NCBI GenBank assembly: GCA_965223155.1
Contig: CBDCVR010000015.1
Span: 704,001 to 768,000 of the forward strand
Direction of reading: 5' to 3'
Source of the DNA: Candidatus Multivoradales bacterium
GTDB taxonomy: Bacteria > Acidobacteriota > Thermoanaerobaculia > Multivoradales > JAHEKO01
Length of the DNA: 64,000 nt
Below, piece by piece: positions 18,014-27,856 of the stretch; the stretch's first letter is position 1; each line of letters opens with the position of its first letter. Both the position numbers and the translations under genes were made by a program. Under the pieces are notes generated by a model. That model was not told where the DNA came from, ran no database searches, and saw only the letters and a program-made list of their open reading frames with translations.

Positions 18014-19108
18014 ATGGGATCAGCGGCGCAACTGGCAGCGGCCCTCCAGGGGGTGGTGCTGCTCTTGGGTGCGACTACGGCCAGCCTTGCTCAACCGAGG
18101 TCGATGGAGCGAGGAGAAGCGCATGCAAAGCTCGACGTCTTCTTGGGCACCTGGGTTGCGGAAGGCGTCGTCCATACGCCGGAGGGAGACGTCGCGAGCA
18201 GTGGAACCTCGGTGTACACCTGGACGCTCGGAGACGTCTGGCTGCGGGAAGAGCTCGTCGGCCAGGTACCCACGCTCGGGACGATCCACGGCGCGACGTT
18301 GATGGCTTTCGACGAGGCGAACGGAGACTACTGCGGCGCCTGGCTGGACAACCTGACCCCTCGGACCTATCCGTTCCGAGCCCGCTGGACCTCCGAGAAC
18401 GAGCTGGTGTTCGTGTCGGACTTCGATCAACCGTTCAGGATGGAGATCCACTACACGTTCAAAGACCAAAACACCATCGACGTCGTGCAGTTTCGGCAGG
18501 TTGGCGACGCATCGCGCCAACAGGCCAGCCGCCTGACGATGCGGCGGGACACAGATCGAGGGTCGTTGACAGGTCGACCCTTGGCCGTGACCTCCGAAAA
18601 GACGGATTCCGCTTCAATCGAGCGGAGCGAGCATCCCCTACGGGTCTTCGACTTCTATGTTGGACGACTTGTCTCGGCTGAACCGACGACGGCGGTTCCC
18701 TAGCAGAGTCACGTCGTCCTCTCGCCAGTTGTCGGAGGGCAGGCTCTGGGCTTCGCCGGTCGCTGGAACCGGGAGGATCAGCCGTCCGAGTTCGTCAACG
18801 GCCTGATCGCTTGGGACCCTGCACAGCACAAGATCCGGATTTCGGGCCTCTTCTACCACGGCGCCTATTTCGACGGCGAGGTCAAGGTCCTGGACGGAGA
18901 GCGAGCGGTCCTCCAGCGAGATTGGGTTGGGCACTATCCGGACGGACGCGCGATTCGATACCGGGAGACCTGGACTCCGCTGTCGGACCACACCTTCCGT
19001 TGGCACATCGAATCGTTTCAGGATGGAGCGTGGGAATCACACCTCCCGCCTGGCCGCGAAGAGCCGGCGGTCCACCGGGTCGTGCGCGACCCGGAGGAGT
19101 TGCTCTGA
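18014..19108 (+). pseudogene. Two-domain DUF1579-like secreted protein interrupted by an in-frame TAG at 18701-18703
   Basis: HAKLDVFLGTW first domain; the frame stays open for 134 codons after TAG (NGLIAWDP...YPDGRAIRYRETW) to TGA at 19106-19108. Confidence 0.75.
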
Positions 19109-19406
19109 CCTGCTTTGCAGTCTCACCAACTCGGACGTCACGCTGAGCCGACTGACTCGGGCCAGGCGCGCCCGACCCCGCAGCGCCGCTGGGTTGTCCG
19201 TGCTCGGACCTGTCACACGCGCGCGCTGGTGTCACCCTCGAAGGTCGGTCACTCAAGCTCACAAACGGGCTCTCGGGCCCGGCAACGTCTGGCGTCGCCC
19301 TTCTCGGACTTGAGCGGCGTGGATGCATCGGTCTAGGAAACTGATGCGCAGGTTGAAGGTACTCGCCCAGAGGTGCTCAGCAACGACTGTCTCAACTGTA
19401 TTGAAA

Positions 19407-19473
19407 TCAGATAGTTGGCGGAGGGGGCGGGATTCGAACCCGCGGTCGGCGTGAACCGACGCCGGTTTTCAAG
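19407..19473 (-). repeat. att site: 67-bp exact duplicate of the tRNA-Ser 3' part (anticodon loop to CCA plus 9 nt)
   Basis: Identical to 21835-21901; identity starts exactly at the anticodon loop CTTGAAA. Confidence 0.95.
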
Positions 19474-19571
19474 TCAGTCTGAAACCAACTGCCGGCAACA
19501 CTCGGCAACGGAAGTCAGCAATGCTGACGGGGGTTTTCGAGGAGCGCTCCTGTTGGGGAACGTTGGCGAAA

Positions 19572-19610
19572 TCGGGTGATTCTTGATCGCTACTGTGCCA
19601 TGAGTGTGCC
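19572..19610. repeat. 39-bp direct repeat, copy 2 (TGTGCCA x2, 11-bp period)
   Basis: 38/39 identical to 11786-11824; about 100 bp inside the att site. Confidence 0.9.
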
Positions 19611-19666
19611 AGGCCTGAACGGCAAATCCCTCGAGCAACCGCCGTCGCCACCCGTGTCGAAAGAAG

Positions 19667-19990
19667 CTAAGAACCAACCTGAAGCGGAACTCCAGGAACC
19701 ACAGCTCGGATCGCAGAATGCAACTCGCTGACGAGTGGGCGTAGATCCTCTATGCGGTTGCTGATAGCTCTGACCACCACTACGCCCACGTCCAACCTTT
19801 GAAAATTCTGCTGGAACTCGATGCCTTGGTCGGCGGTGACAAAGACCGTGAACCCTTCGGCGGCGGCCCGACGGAGGAGCTCTCCATTGCGCAAGCCGCT
19901 CCACCCCAGCGACTGAACCGTCGCCACCTCGTACTCACGGAGCTCGTCAGCAAGCTGCCGGGGCAAAGACTCGTCTAGGAGGACTCGCAA
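19667..19990 (-). CDS. DUF5615 PIN-like toxin (VapC45-like)
   Basis: RVLLDESLP, GWSGLRNGELL, FVTADQG..FQQN. Confidence 0.88.
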   Translation of the reverse strand: MRVLLDESLPRQLADELREYEVATVQSLGWSGLRNGELLRRAAAEGFTVFVTADQGIEFQQNFQRLDVGVVVVRAISNRIEDLRPLVSELHSAIRAVVPGVPLQVGS

Positions 19991-20199
19991 GTGACCCCGA
20001 GTGCGACAGCGGCCTCTTCCAGAGCCGCTATGGCCTGCTCCCGGCTCACGGACGGAAAAGCATCCAGAAAAGCCTCTAGAGTGTCGCCGGCCTCAAGGTA
20101 GTCAATCAAGTTCCGGATTGGCACCCGGGTGCCCTCGAAAACAGGTACACCTCCCTGGATTTCGGGATCGCGATGGATTACTGACTCGGCAACGGTCAT
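19975..20199 (-). CDS. DUF433 antitoxin (VapB45-like)
   Basis: DPEIQGGVPVFEGTRVP...FLDAFPSVSREQ. Confidence 0.92.
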   Translation of the reverse strand: MTVAESVIHRDPEIQGGVPVFEGTRVPIRNLIDYLEAGDTLEAFLDAFPSVSREQAIAALEEAAVALGVTCESS

Positions 20200-20319
20200 T
20201 GCTCGTGGATTCTACCAGCACCCTTCCTCGGCCCGTACAGACCGTTGCCACCAAAAGCCGTGGCACGACCCTCCAAAGCGTCCGAGAAGCCGCCAAGACG
20301 AGTCCTTCAGATTTCGGAA

Positions 20320-20799
20320 CTATGACTCAGCCAGAGAATCCAGCGCCAAGCGAGCGAGTCCGACTCCAGCAAGTGCCGCCAGAATATTCCCAAGGGTGCC
20401 AAGAAGAAAAGCTTGAAGCACCGCGGAAGCCCACACGTGTCTTGCCTTCAGGTAGCTGAGCGAATCGACGCCCTCCAACTTGTCCGGGACCTTCACGATG
20501 TTCTGAAAAACTTCCCACTTTGAGCCAACCTTGAAGACGAGCCAGCCTGCAACCAGAGCGGGCGAGCCGATCGCAAGAGCAACGAAGAAAAACGCTCGCT
20601 CCAAGCGCCCAAGCCACGGTCCCAGAAGGTTGGGAGAGGCGACAACGGCCTCCCATTTCTCTTTCGGGATGCCATCAGGAGCGGTCGCGCCGAGATCCCG
20701 ACGCGCTCTTCTGACTAGAGCCGCGATCAAGGGGCCTGCCAGCATCGTGACAGCTAGACCCGCAAGCCAAGGCCAAATCGCAAAAAACATGACGGTCAT
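20320..20799 (-). CDS. Hypothetical membrane protein (DUF3307-like C-terminal motif)
   Basis: Several TM segments; WLGRLER...GWLVFK...FLLGTL. Confidence 0.6.
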   Translation of the reverse strand: MTVMFFAIWPWLAGLAVTMLAGPLIAALVRRARRDLGATAPDGIPKEKWEAVVASPNLLGPWLGRLERAFFFVALAIGSPALVAGWLVFKVGSKWEVFQNIVKVPDKLEGVDSLSYLKARHVWASAVLQAFLLGTLGNILAALAGVGLARLALDSLAES

Positions 20800-20895
20800 C
20801 GATCAAATAATACTAGTAGTCGGCTAGCCTCTGCGACTTGGTTTGGCCGTTGGGGCCTGTCGTCGCCACCGGTTGCACAGATATAGGATGCTCGC

Positions 20896-21723
20896 ATGCG
20901 GAACAAACCCACCCCCGCCCGCATCCATCTGCTGCCCGCAGCAGAAGCGCCGATCGTCGCGATCCTGCGGCGCAAGCCCAGCAAGCGCTTCCATATCATC
21001 AAGTGGAACACACAGACGGACGCGATCGAGCACGGCTCGTGGTTTGTCGGCAAGCTCTACCCAAAGCGGTGCGATGTGTCATTCGACGGCGCGTTCATGG
21101 TCTACCTCGCTATGGGAGCGGACGGGACGACCTGGAACGGCCTCTGTCGACTCCCATGGCTTAAGACAGTTTTCGAGGCTACAAACCGAGGAACTTGGAA
21201 TGGCGGCGGCTACTTCTCTGACAGAAGAACGTTGCGCACCAATTCCTGGCAGGGAGAAGTACCGAAACGCATCGAATCGTTGCGCTTGGCTGAGCTAGGC
21301 GCCGAGACCGGTGAGGACGAGACCGTGCTATTTCCTCGACTCGAGCGCGATGGCTGGCAGCGGGCGGGCCCTTTCGGCGTCGACCGCAGGCTTCCGGGCA
21401 ACACATATCGCGTCGCTCACGACGGCGATGCGGGGTGGCTGCGGCAGCCGACACCGCGACATCCGACGCTGCGAATATTCTATCGCGGATACCTAGAGTA
21501 CGGCCGCACGTACGAGTTCAAGCTCGATGAAGAGCCTGAACTCCTCGGCAAGGCCGCAGAGTGGGCCACGTTCGACGCAGCCGGCAATCTCCTCGTCGCG
21601 CGAAATGGTGGCGTAGAGCGGTGGGCTCTGGAGGATCTAAGTGGTGGCGTCCCATCGTTCCAACGCTCCTTCGAAGATCTGTCTCCGGGGAGTCATGGGG
21701 CTGAAGCGCCAAAAACCGACTGA
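20896..21723 (+). CDS. Hypothetical protein
   Basis: 275-aa ORF with a TAGGAT -10 box 6 bp upstream; Trp/Gly-rich motifs (GSWFVGKLYPKRCDVS, GTWNGGGYF). Confidence 0.7.
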   Translation: MRNKPTPARIHLLPAAEAPIVAILRRKPSKRFHIIKWNTQTDAIEHGSWFVGKLYPKRCDVSFDGAFMVYLAMGADGTTWNGLCRLPWLKTVFEATNRGTWNGGGYFSDRRTLRTNSWQGEVPKRIESLRLAELGAETGEDETVLFPRLERDGWQRAGPFGVDRRLPGNTYRVAHDGDAGWLRQPTPRHPTLRIFYRGYLEYGRTYEFKLDEEPELLGKAAEWATFDAAGNLLVARNGGVERWALEDLSGGVPSFQRSFEDLSPGSHGAEAPKTD

Positions 21724-21843
21724 GGTGGAGTCGGTCGCAGGCCGGGCCTAGCGCTGTCGGATACACCTGTCTAAAAAACCGGCGTAGGTCAACCCTGTTC
21801 GCGCTTTGACGACTACCGTCTAACTCTTTTTAATTCAGATAGT

Positions 21844-21933
21844 TGGCGGAGGGGGCGGGATTCGAACCCGCGGTCGGCGTGAACCGACGCCGGTTTTCAA
21901 GACCGGTGCATTCGACCACTCTGCCACCCCTCC
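21844..21933 (-). tRNA. tRNA-Ser (anticodon TGA)
   Basis: GGAGGGG acceptor, CCGGT-CTTGAAA-ACCGG anticodon arm, long variable arm, GGTTCGAATCC, 3' CCA. Confidence 0.97.
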
Positions 21934-22021
21934 GCGGGGCGCTAGCTTAGCCGGTTCGGGCTTGGCGTGCCGGTTGGGTGAGGCGGGGAACGGCTTTCTG
22001 GAAGGAGGCCTTCGCCGGCAA

Positions 22022-23302
22022 TCAAGCGGGAGCTGGAATCTCGCGGATGCCGCCCATGAAGTCGACGAGGGCACCCGGGATCGCGACCGAGCCGTCCGCC
22101 TGCTGGTAGTTCTCGAGGATCGCCACCAGGGTGCGGCCCACGGCGAGGCCGGAGCCGTTCAAGCTGTGGAGCAGCCGCGGCTTGCCGCCATCGGCGGGAC
22201 GGTAGCGCAGGCTCGCGCGGCGGGCCTGAAAGTCGGTGCAGTTGGAGCAGGACGAGATCTCGCGGTAGGCGTCCTGTCCCGGCAACCAGACTTCGAGGTC
22301 GTAGGTCTTGGCGGCCGCAAACCCCATGTCGCCGGTCGAGAGCGTCACCACTCGGTAGGGAAGCTCCAAGAGCTGCAAGACGCGCTCGGCGTGGCCGGTC
22401 AGCTCTTCCAAAGCGTCGAAGCTCGTCTCGGGAGTCGTCAGGTGGACGAGCTCGACCTTGTTGAACTGGTGCTGGCGGATGAGGCCGCGCACGTCCCGGC
22501 CGTAGGAGCCGGCCTCGGCGCGGAAGCAGGGGGTGAAGGCCGCGTACTTTCTGGGTAGCTCGGCCTCCTCCAGGATCTCGCGCGCGTGGAGGTTGGTGAC
22601 CGGCACCTCGGCGGTGGGAATCAAGTAGAGCTCTTCGCCCGCCAGCCGGAAGAGGTCCTCGCCGAACTTGGGAAGCTGTCCGGTTCCAGTCAGGGTCTCG
22701 CGGTTTACGATGTAGGGAGGCAAGACCTCGGTATAGCCGTGCTCGCGAGTGTGGAGGTCGAGCATGAAGTTCCAGAGGGCGCGCTCGAGGCGAGCGCCGA
22801 CACCAAAGTAGGCGGTGAAGCGGGCACCGGCGATCTTGGCGCCCCGCTCGAAGTCCAGGATGCCGAGCTCCGGGCCCAGATCCCAATGGGCCTTGGGGGT
22901 GAAATCGAAGTCCCGAGGCTCGCCGACGAGCCGCTCGACCCGGTTGGCGGATTCATCATCGCCGACCGGCACTGACTCATGCGCCAGGTTGGGAAAGCTC
23001 AGCTCGAGCCGCTCGCGGTCCTCGTCGCCGCTCGCGATCTGAGCGTCGGCGGCCGCGATCTCGCCCTTGAGACCACCCACCTCGGCCAGGACAGCCTCGG
23101 CATCGCCGCCTTCGCGCTTGAGCCGTCCGATCTCCTTCGACAACTCGTTGCGGCGACGCTTCTTGGCTTCGACCTCGGCCAGAAGCCTGCGCCGGTCGGC
23201 GTCGAGCTGGCGCCAGCGCTCGAGTTCTTGGGGGTCGAAACCGCGAATCGCCAAGCGCTCGGCGACGGCTTCGTCGGTACGGAGAAGATCGCGCGACAGC
23301 AT
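22022..23302 (-). CDS. serS: Serine--tRNA ligase
   Basis: [47 protein letters not shown]. Confidence 0.97.
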   Translation of the reverse strand: MLSRDLLRTDEAVAERLAIRGFDPQELERWRQLDADRRRLLAEVEAKKRRRNELSKEIGRLKREGGDAEAVLAEVGGLKGEIAAADAQIASGDEDRERLELSFPNLAHESVPVGDDESANRVERLVGEPRDFDFTPKAHWDLGPELGILDFERGAKIAGARFTAYFGVGARLERALWNFMLDLHTREHGYTEVLPPYIVNRETLTGTGQLPKFGEDLFRLAGEELYLIPTAEVPVTNLHAREILEEAELPRKYAAFTPCFRAEAGSYGRDVRGLIRQHQFNKVELVHLTTPETSFDALEELTGHAERVLQLLELPYRVVTLSTGDMGFAAAKTYDLEVWLPGQDAYREISSCSNCTDFQARRASLRYRPADGGKPRLLHSLNGSGLAVGRTLVAILENYQQADGSVAIPGALVDFMGGIREIPAPA

Positions 23303-23334
23303 CGAAACGTCAGTATGACAGGACGTTGGACGCT

Positions 23335-24367
<1,033 letters not shown>

Positions 24368-24381
<14 letters not shown>

Positions 24382-24730
24382 TCGCGGACGCGGCCGCCGC
24401 TTCCTTCGCGGCCTTGCGCTCGCGGCGCCGTCGCCCGCGCCGAAGCTCATCTTCCTTGAACATGTAGCGGATGTTGTGCTTCATCAGCAACAGGTTGGGC
24501 TCATGGTGCCGGTTCAGCTTGATGGCATCCTTGTCGTACCACTCGATCCAGCCGCGCAGCTCGGTGCCGTCGGTCAAGAGGACGACCATGGCGGTCTTGG
24601 CCGCCATCTGCTTGAGGTAGTAGAACTCCTCGGCGTTGGTGCGCTCCGGCGGGGTGTGCTTCCGGCGCACGGACCGGGAGTGCCCCTTGGCGTCGGAGAG
24701 ATCGGGTCGGATGAGCTTGCGATTTGACAT
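24368..24730 (-). CDS. Hfq-like (Sm-fold) RNA chaperone paralog
   Basis: LTDGTELRGWIEWYD...LLMKHNI resembles the Sm1/Sm2 motifs; Arg-rich tail. Confidence 0.72.
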
Positions 24731-25458
24731 CAGTGCGCGTTGGCTTCCCTCTGCTGCTTGGCTGGTTTCTTGGAATACTGATCGTCTTCATAGGCCAGGC
24801 AGCAAAGCAGCCGTCCGCATTGGCCGGAAATCTTCGACGGGTTCAGGCTCAGATTCTGGCGCTTTGCCATCTGAATGGAGATCGGCTTGAAGTCCTTCAA
24901 CCAGGACGAACAGCAGAGCGTGCGACCGCAAACGCCGATGCCCCCCAGGAGGCTCGCTTCGTCCCGGGCGCCGACTTGGACCATGCGCATCTTGGCGTTG
25001 AAACGCCGCGACAGCTCGCGGACGAGCTTGCGGAAGTCCACCCGGTTCTCGGCCGTGAAGAAGACCTTCGCGACCTTGCTGTCCAGGGTGAAGTCGACGC
25101 GGGAGATCTTCATCTCCAGGCCCAGGGAGCGGGCGCGCTCCTGGCCGAAGCGAAGGCAACTGTGTTCGTTCGTCTGCTGACGGTCCCAGAGGCGTCGGTC
25201 CTCGTCGGTGGCGGTTCGCAGAATCCGGCTGGCACTCGACTTCTGGCAGGGCTTGAAGACCGGCATCGGCGACTGCACCACGGTGCCGACGTGCGGGCCG
25301 GCCTCGAGCTCCACCACCACGTGCTCACCACGCCCGAACACGTCGTCGCGGGTCGCGCAGAGGGTCGGGTTGGTTTCCTCGCGGAAGCGCACGCCGACGT
25401 AGTTGGACTCCACCGCCGTTGACATGCCCTTGTAGGCACAACCCTGACACCCTGACAT
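24730..25458 (-). CDS. ricT: PSP1/RicT (YaaT)-family Fe-S protein
   Basis: RVDFRKLVREL, QVGARDEA, GVCGRTLCC, KISGQCGRLLCCLAYE. Confidence 0.9.
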   Translation of the reverse strand: MSGCQGCAYKGMSTAVESNYVGVRFREETNPTLCATRDDVFGRGEHVVVELEAGPHVGTVVQSPMPVFKPCQKSSASRILRTATDEDRRLWDRQQTNEHSCLRFGQERARSLGLEMKISRVDFTLDSKVAKVFFTAENRVDFRKLVRELSRRFNAKMRMVQVGARDEASLLGGIGVCGRTLCCSSWLKDFKPISIQMAKRQNLSLNPSKISGQCGRLLCCLAYEDDQYSKKPAKQQREANAH

Positions 25459-25622
25459 TTCAGTTCCTGCTCCGGCAGACGCTTGCCCGGCCCACTTCCC
25501 CGTCATGCGAGCCGGTGCTTTCTCTCCGCGGGCTTTGAGCCATTATGGCAACGGCCATTTTCGAGGTCAACTCGACCGGCGCTACGCGCGGAGTCCGGAT
25601 CGCGAGGGGAATCGCGGCCGTC

Positions 25623-26903
25623 TCAGCCGTCCAGAGCGAGCACCCGGCGGCCGATATCGTGCCGGTAGTGGCGCCCCGGCCAGTCGATTCCGGCGGCCGC
25701 CTGATAGGCAGCCTTGAGGGCTTCGCGAAGCGTCGATCCGGTAGCGCAAACATTCAGAACTCTTCCGCCGCTCGTGAGCAAACGTTCCTCTGCGAGTTTG
25801 GTGCCGGAGTGAAAGACGACCGCGCCGCCAGCGGCGTCGACCGCCTCCAGCCCTTGGATCGCGTCGCCCGTCCGGGGGCCTTCAGGATAGCCCTCGGCGG
25901 CCAAGACGACACAGGCCGCGGCCTCGCGCTTGAACTCGAGCCGCGCCGTTTCGAACTTGCCTCGTGCTCCCTGGGCCAGCGCCGGCAAGAGATCGTCGCC
26001 ACTTCGCAGCATCAGGACCTGGGCCTCGGGGTCGCCGAGCCGCGCGTTGAACTCGAGCACCCGTGGACCTTCGGACGTCAGGATGACGCCGGCGTACAGA
26101 AATCCCTGAAACCGCCGGTTTTCGCCGGCCATGCCCTGGATCGTCGGGCGCAGCACGGTGTCGACGATCGACCCGGCATCCTGCGGCGGCAGCACGCCGG
26201 ACGGGCTGTGGGCGCCCATGCCGCCGGTATTGGGCCCGGTGTCTCCGTCCCCGACGCGCTTGTAGTCCTTCGAGGTCGCGAGCGGCAGTAGGCGCTCTCC
26301 GTCCGAGACGGCGATGATCGAGGCCTCCTCGCCTTCCAGGAAGCGCTCGACGACAATCCGGTCGCCGCTGGCGCCAAAGCGCCGTTCCTCGAAGAAGATC
26401 GCGAGAGCCGCTTCGAGCTCGGCCTCGTTCTGGACGATCACCACTCCCTTGCCCGCGGCCAGGCCATCCGCCTTGAGCACCGCCGGAAGGCCGAAGGCAA
26501 GGGCCGCGCGGCGAGCGTCGTCCCTGGAATGGGCAACCTCGAACTCCGCCGTCGGAATGCCGTGGCGCTTCATGAACTCCTTGGCGAAGACCTTGCTGCC
26601 CTCGAGCTCCGCGGCCGCCCGCGACGGTCCGAAGATGGCCAGATTCCGGGACCGAAACTCGTCCACGATCCCCAGGGTCAACGGCAGCTCCGGGCCGACC
26701 ACGGTGAGGTCGATCTTGAGATCGCGGGCGAAGTCGGCCAGCTTGCCGATCTCGTCCACCGGAATGGACACACAGTCCGCGACCTGGGCGATCCCCGGGT
26801 TGCCCGGGGCGCAGAAGAGCTCCGCGAGGTCCGGGCTCCGCCGCAGCCGCCAGCACAGCGCGTGCTCGCGCCCGCCGCTACCCACGACCAGAACGCGCAT
26901 CAC
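25623..26903 (-). CDS. purD: Phosphoribosylamine--glycine ligase
   Basis: GSGGREHAL, LEGSKVFAK, KADGLAAGKGV, GPNTGGMGA, EFNARLGDPE. Confidence 0.97.
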   Translation of the reverse strand: MMRVLVVGSGGREHALCWRLRRSPDLAELFCAPGNPGIAQVADCVSIPVDEIGKLADFARDLKIDLTVVGPELPLTLGIVDEFRSRNLAIFGPSRAAAELEGSKVFAKEFMKRHGIPTAEFEVAHSRDDARRAALAFGLPAVLKADGLAAGKGVVIVQNEAELEAALAIFFEERRFGASGDRIVVERFLEGEEASIIAVSDGERLLPLATSKDYKRVGDGDTGPNTGGMGAHSPSGVLPPQDAGSIVDTVLRPTIQGMAGENRRFQGFLYAGVILTSEGPRVLEFNARLGDPEAQVLMLRSGDDLLPALAQGARGKFETARLEFKREAAACVVLAAEGYPEGPRTGDAIQGLEAVDAAGGAVVFHSGTKLAEERLLTSGGRVLNVCATGSTLREALKAAYQAAAGIDWPGRHYRHDIGRRVLALDG

Positions 26904-27124
26904 GACCGGCGGTTTCCTGCTGCTGGGGACTGGTTCATGATCCGGACGCTGCCGCGAAGGGTTCGGGGATCCTAGCAGAGGATCCGCCTACTTTCTGTGG
27001 CCGCGACCACAGCCGGAAACGGCGAAGCACCGAAGATCCCTTCCGCTCGCTCCGCGCCATAGACCGGGAGGCGAACCCCCTGGCATCGCGATTGCTCTAG
27101 CTGACCTTCGAGAGGAGAACCACC

Positions 27125-27838
27125 ATGAAACAGACCCTCATCGCCCCCGCTCTCGCTGTCGCCGTCGCGGTCCTCGCCGGCGCGCCGCTCGAGGCTCAGC
27201 GCCATCGGGGACACTGGTCCAACGACGAGGCCATGCGCGTCCAGATCGGCGAGTTCGAGCCCCGCGGCGATTCCACCTATTGGGATGACGTCGCCTTCGA
27301 CTTCACCGGCGACGAGGACGACTTTACGGACCTCGCCGTCGGCGTCTCCTGGGCCAAGTACCTGGGCCCTCGGATGGGCGTCCAGATCGGCGGACTCTTC
27401 TACCAAGGCATCGAAGATCTCGGCTACCGGGACTTCGTCGATGACACCGGCCGCGAGATCGTGCATGAGACCCGGCTCGAGACCTCCCACCTCACCCTGG
27501 GATTCTTGCTGTCTCTGGTCGACCGGGACGCCCCGATCGTTCCCTACATCGGCGCCGGCGGAGGCCTGTATCTCTGGAACCTGGTCGAAGAGGGGGACTT
27601 CATCGACTTTTCCGGCGCGGAGCTCGCGATCTTCGACGACTTTTTCGAAGACGACGGCGAGGAACTGGGTTGGTACTACCTGGTGGGACTCGAAGTGCCG
27701 GTCTCGCGATCCGTCCGCCTCTTCGCGGAAGGGCGCTGGGACCGGGCCGAGGCCGACCTGGGCGGCGACTTTCAAGGATTGGGTGAGCTGGATCTCTCGG
27801 GCCGCATGCTGTCGGCAGGCGTGAGCTGGAGTTTCTAG
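27125..27838 (+). CDS. Outer-membrane beta-barrel protein
   Basis: Signal peptide, PYIGAGGG, terminal GVSWSF. Confidence 0.8.
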   Translation: MKQTLIAPALAVAVAVLAGAPLEAQRHRGHWSNDEAMRVQIGEFEPRGDSTYWDDVAFDFTGDEDDFTDLAVGVSWAKYLGPRMGVQIGGLFYQGIEDLGYRDFVDDTGREIVHETRLETSHLTLGFLLSLVDRDAPIVPYIGAGGGLYLWNLVEEGDFIDFSGAELAIFDDFFEDDGEELGWYYLVGLEVPVSRSVRLFAEGRWDRAEADLGGDFQGLGELDLSGRMLSAGVSWSF

Positions 27839-27856
27839 CCGGACCCTTCCGTCGTA

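Larger units (their letters stand above)
11786..19406. mobile_element. Integrase-less genomic islet A (tRNA-distal unit of a tandem array)
   Basis: Both ends homologous to the ends of islet B; TA module at the distal end; abuts the tRNA-Ser att fragment. Confidence 0.6.
19474..21834. mobile_element. Integrase-less genomic islet B inserted in tRNA-Ser(TGA)
   Basis: Bounded by 67-bp direct repeats; visibly more AT-rich; TA pair plus two hypothetical genes. Confidence 0.85.

Noticed and set aside
11427-18703. Genome-wide TAG reassignment
   Set aside because: Many conserved genes (msrA, sodC, sufB, sufD, bcrB, bcrC) end at TAG at their expected C-termini.
19407-19473. Second tRNA-Ser gene
   Set aside because: It lacks the 5' acceptor strand, D-arm and 5' anticodon stem; it is an att fragment.
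11786-21834. Prophage or integron
   Set aside because: No phage structural or replication genes, no integrase, and no attC-like palindromes recognised between the cargo genes.
21844-21933. tRNA-Sec or suppressor tRNA that could explain the in-frame stops
   Set aside because: The anticodon is TGA (reads UCA, Ser), not TCA or CTA, and the acceptor stem is a normal 7 bp.
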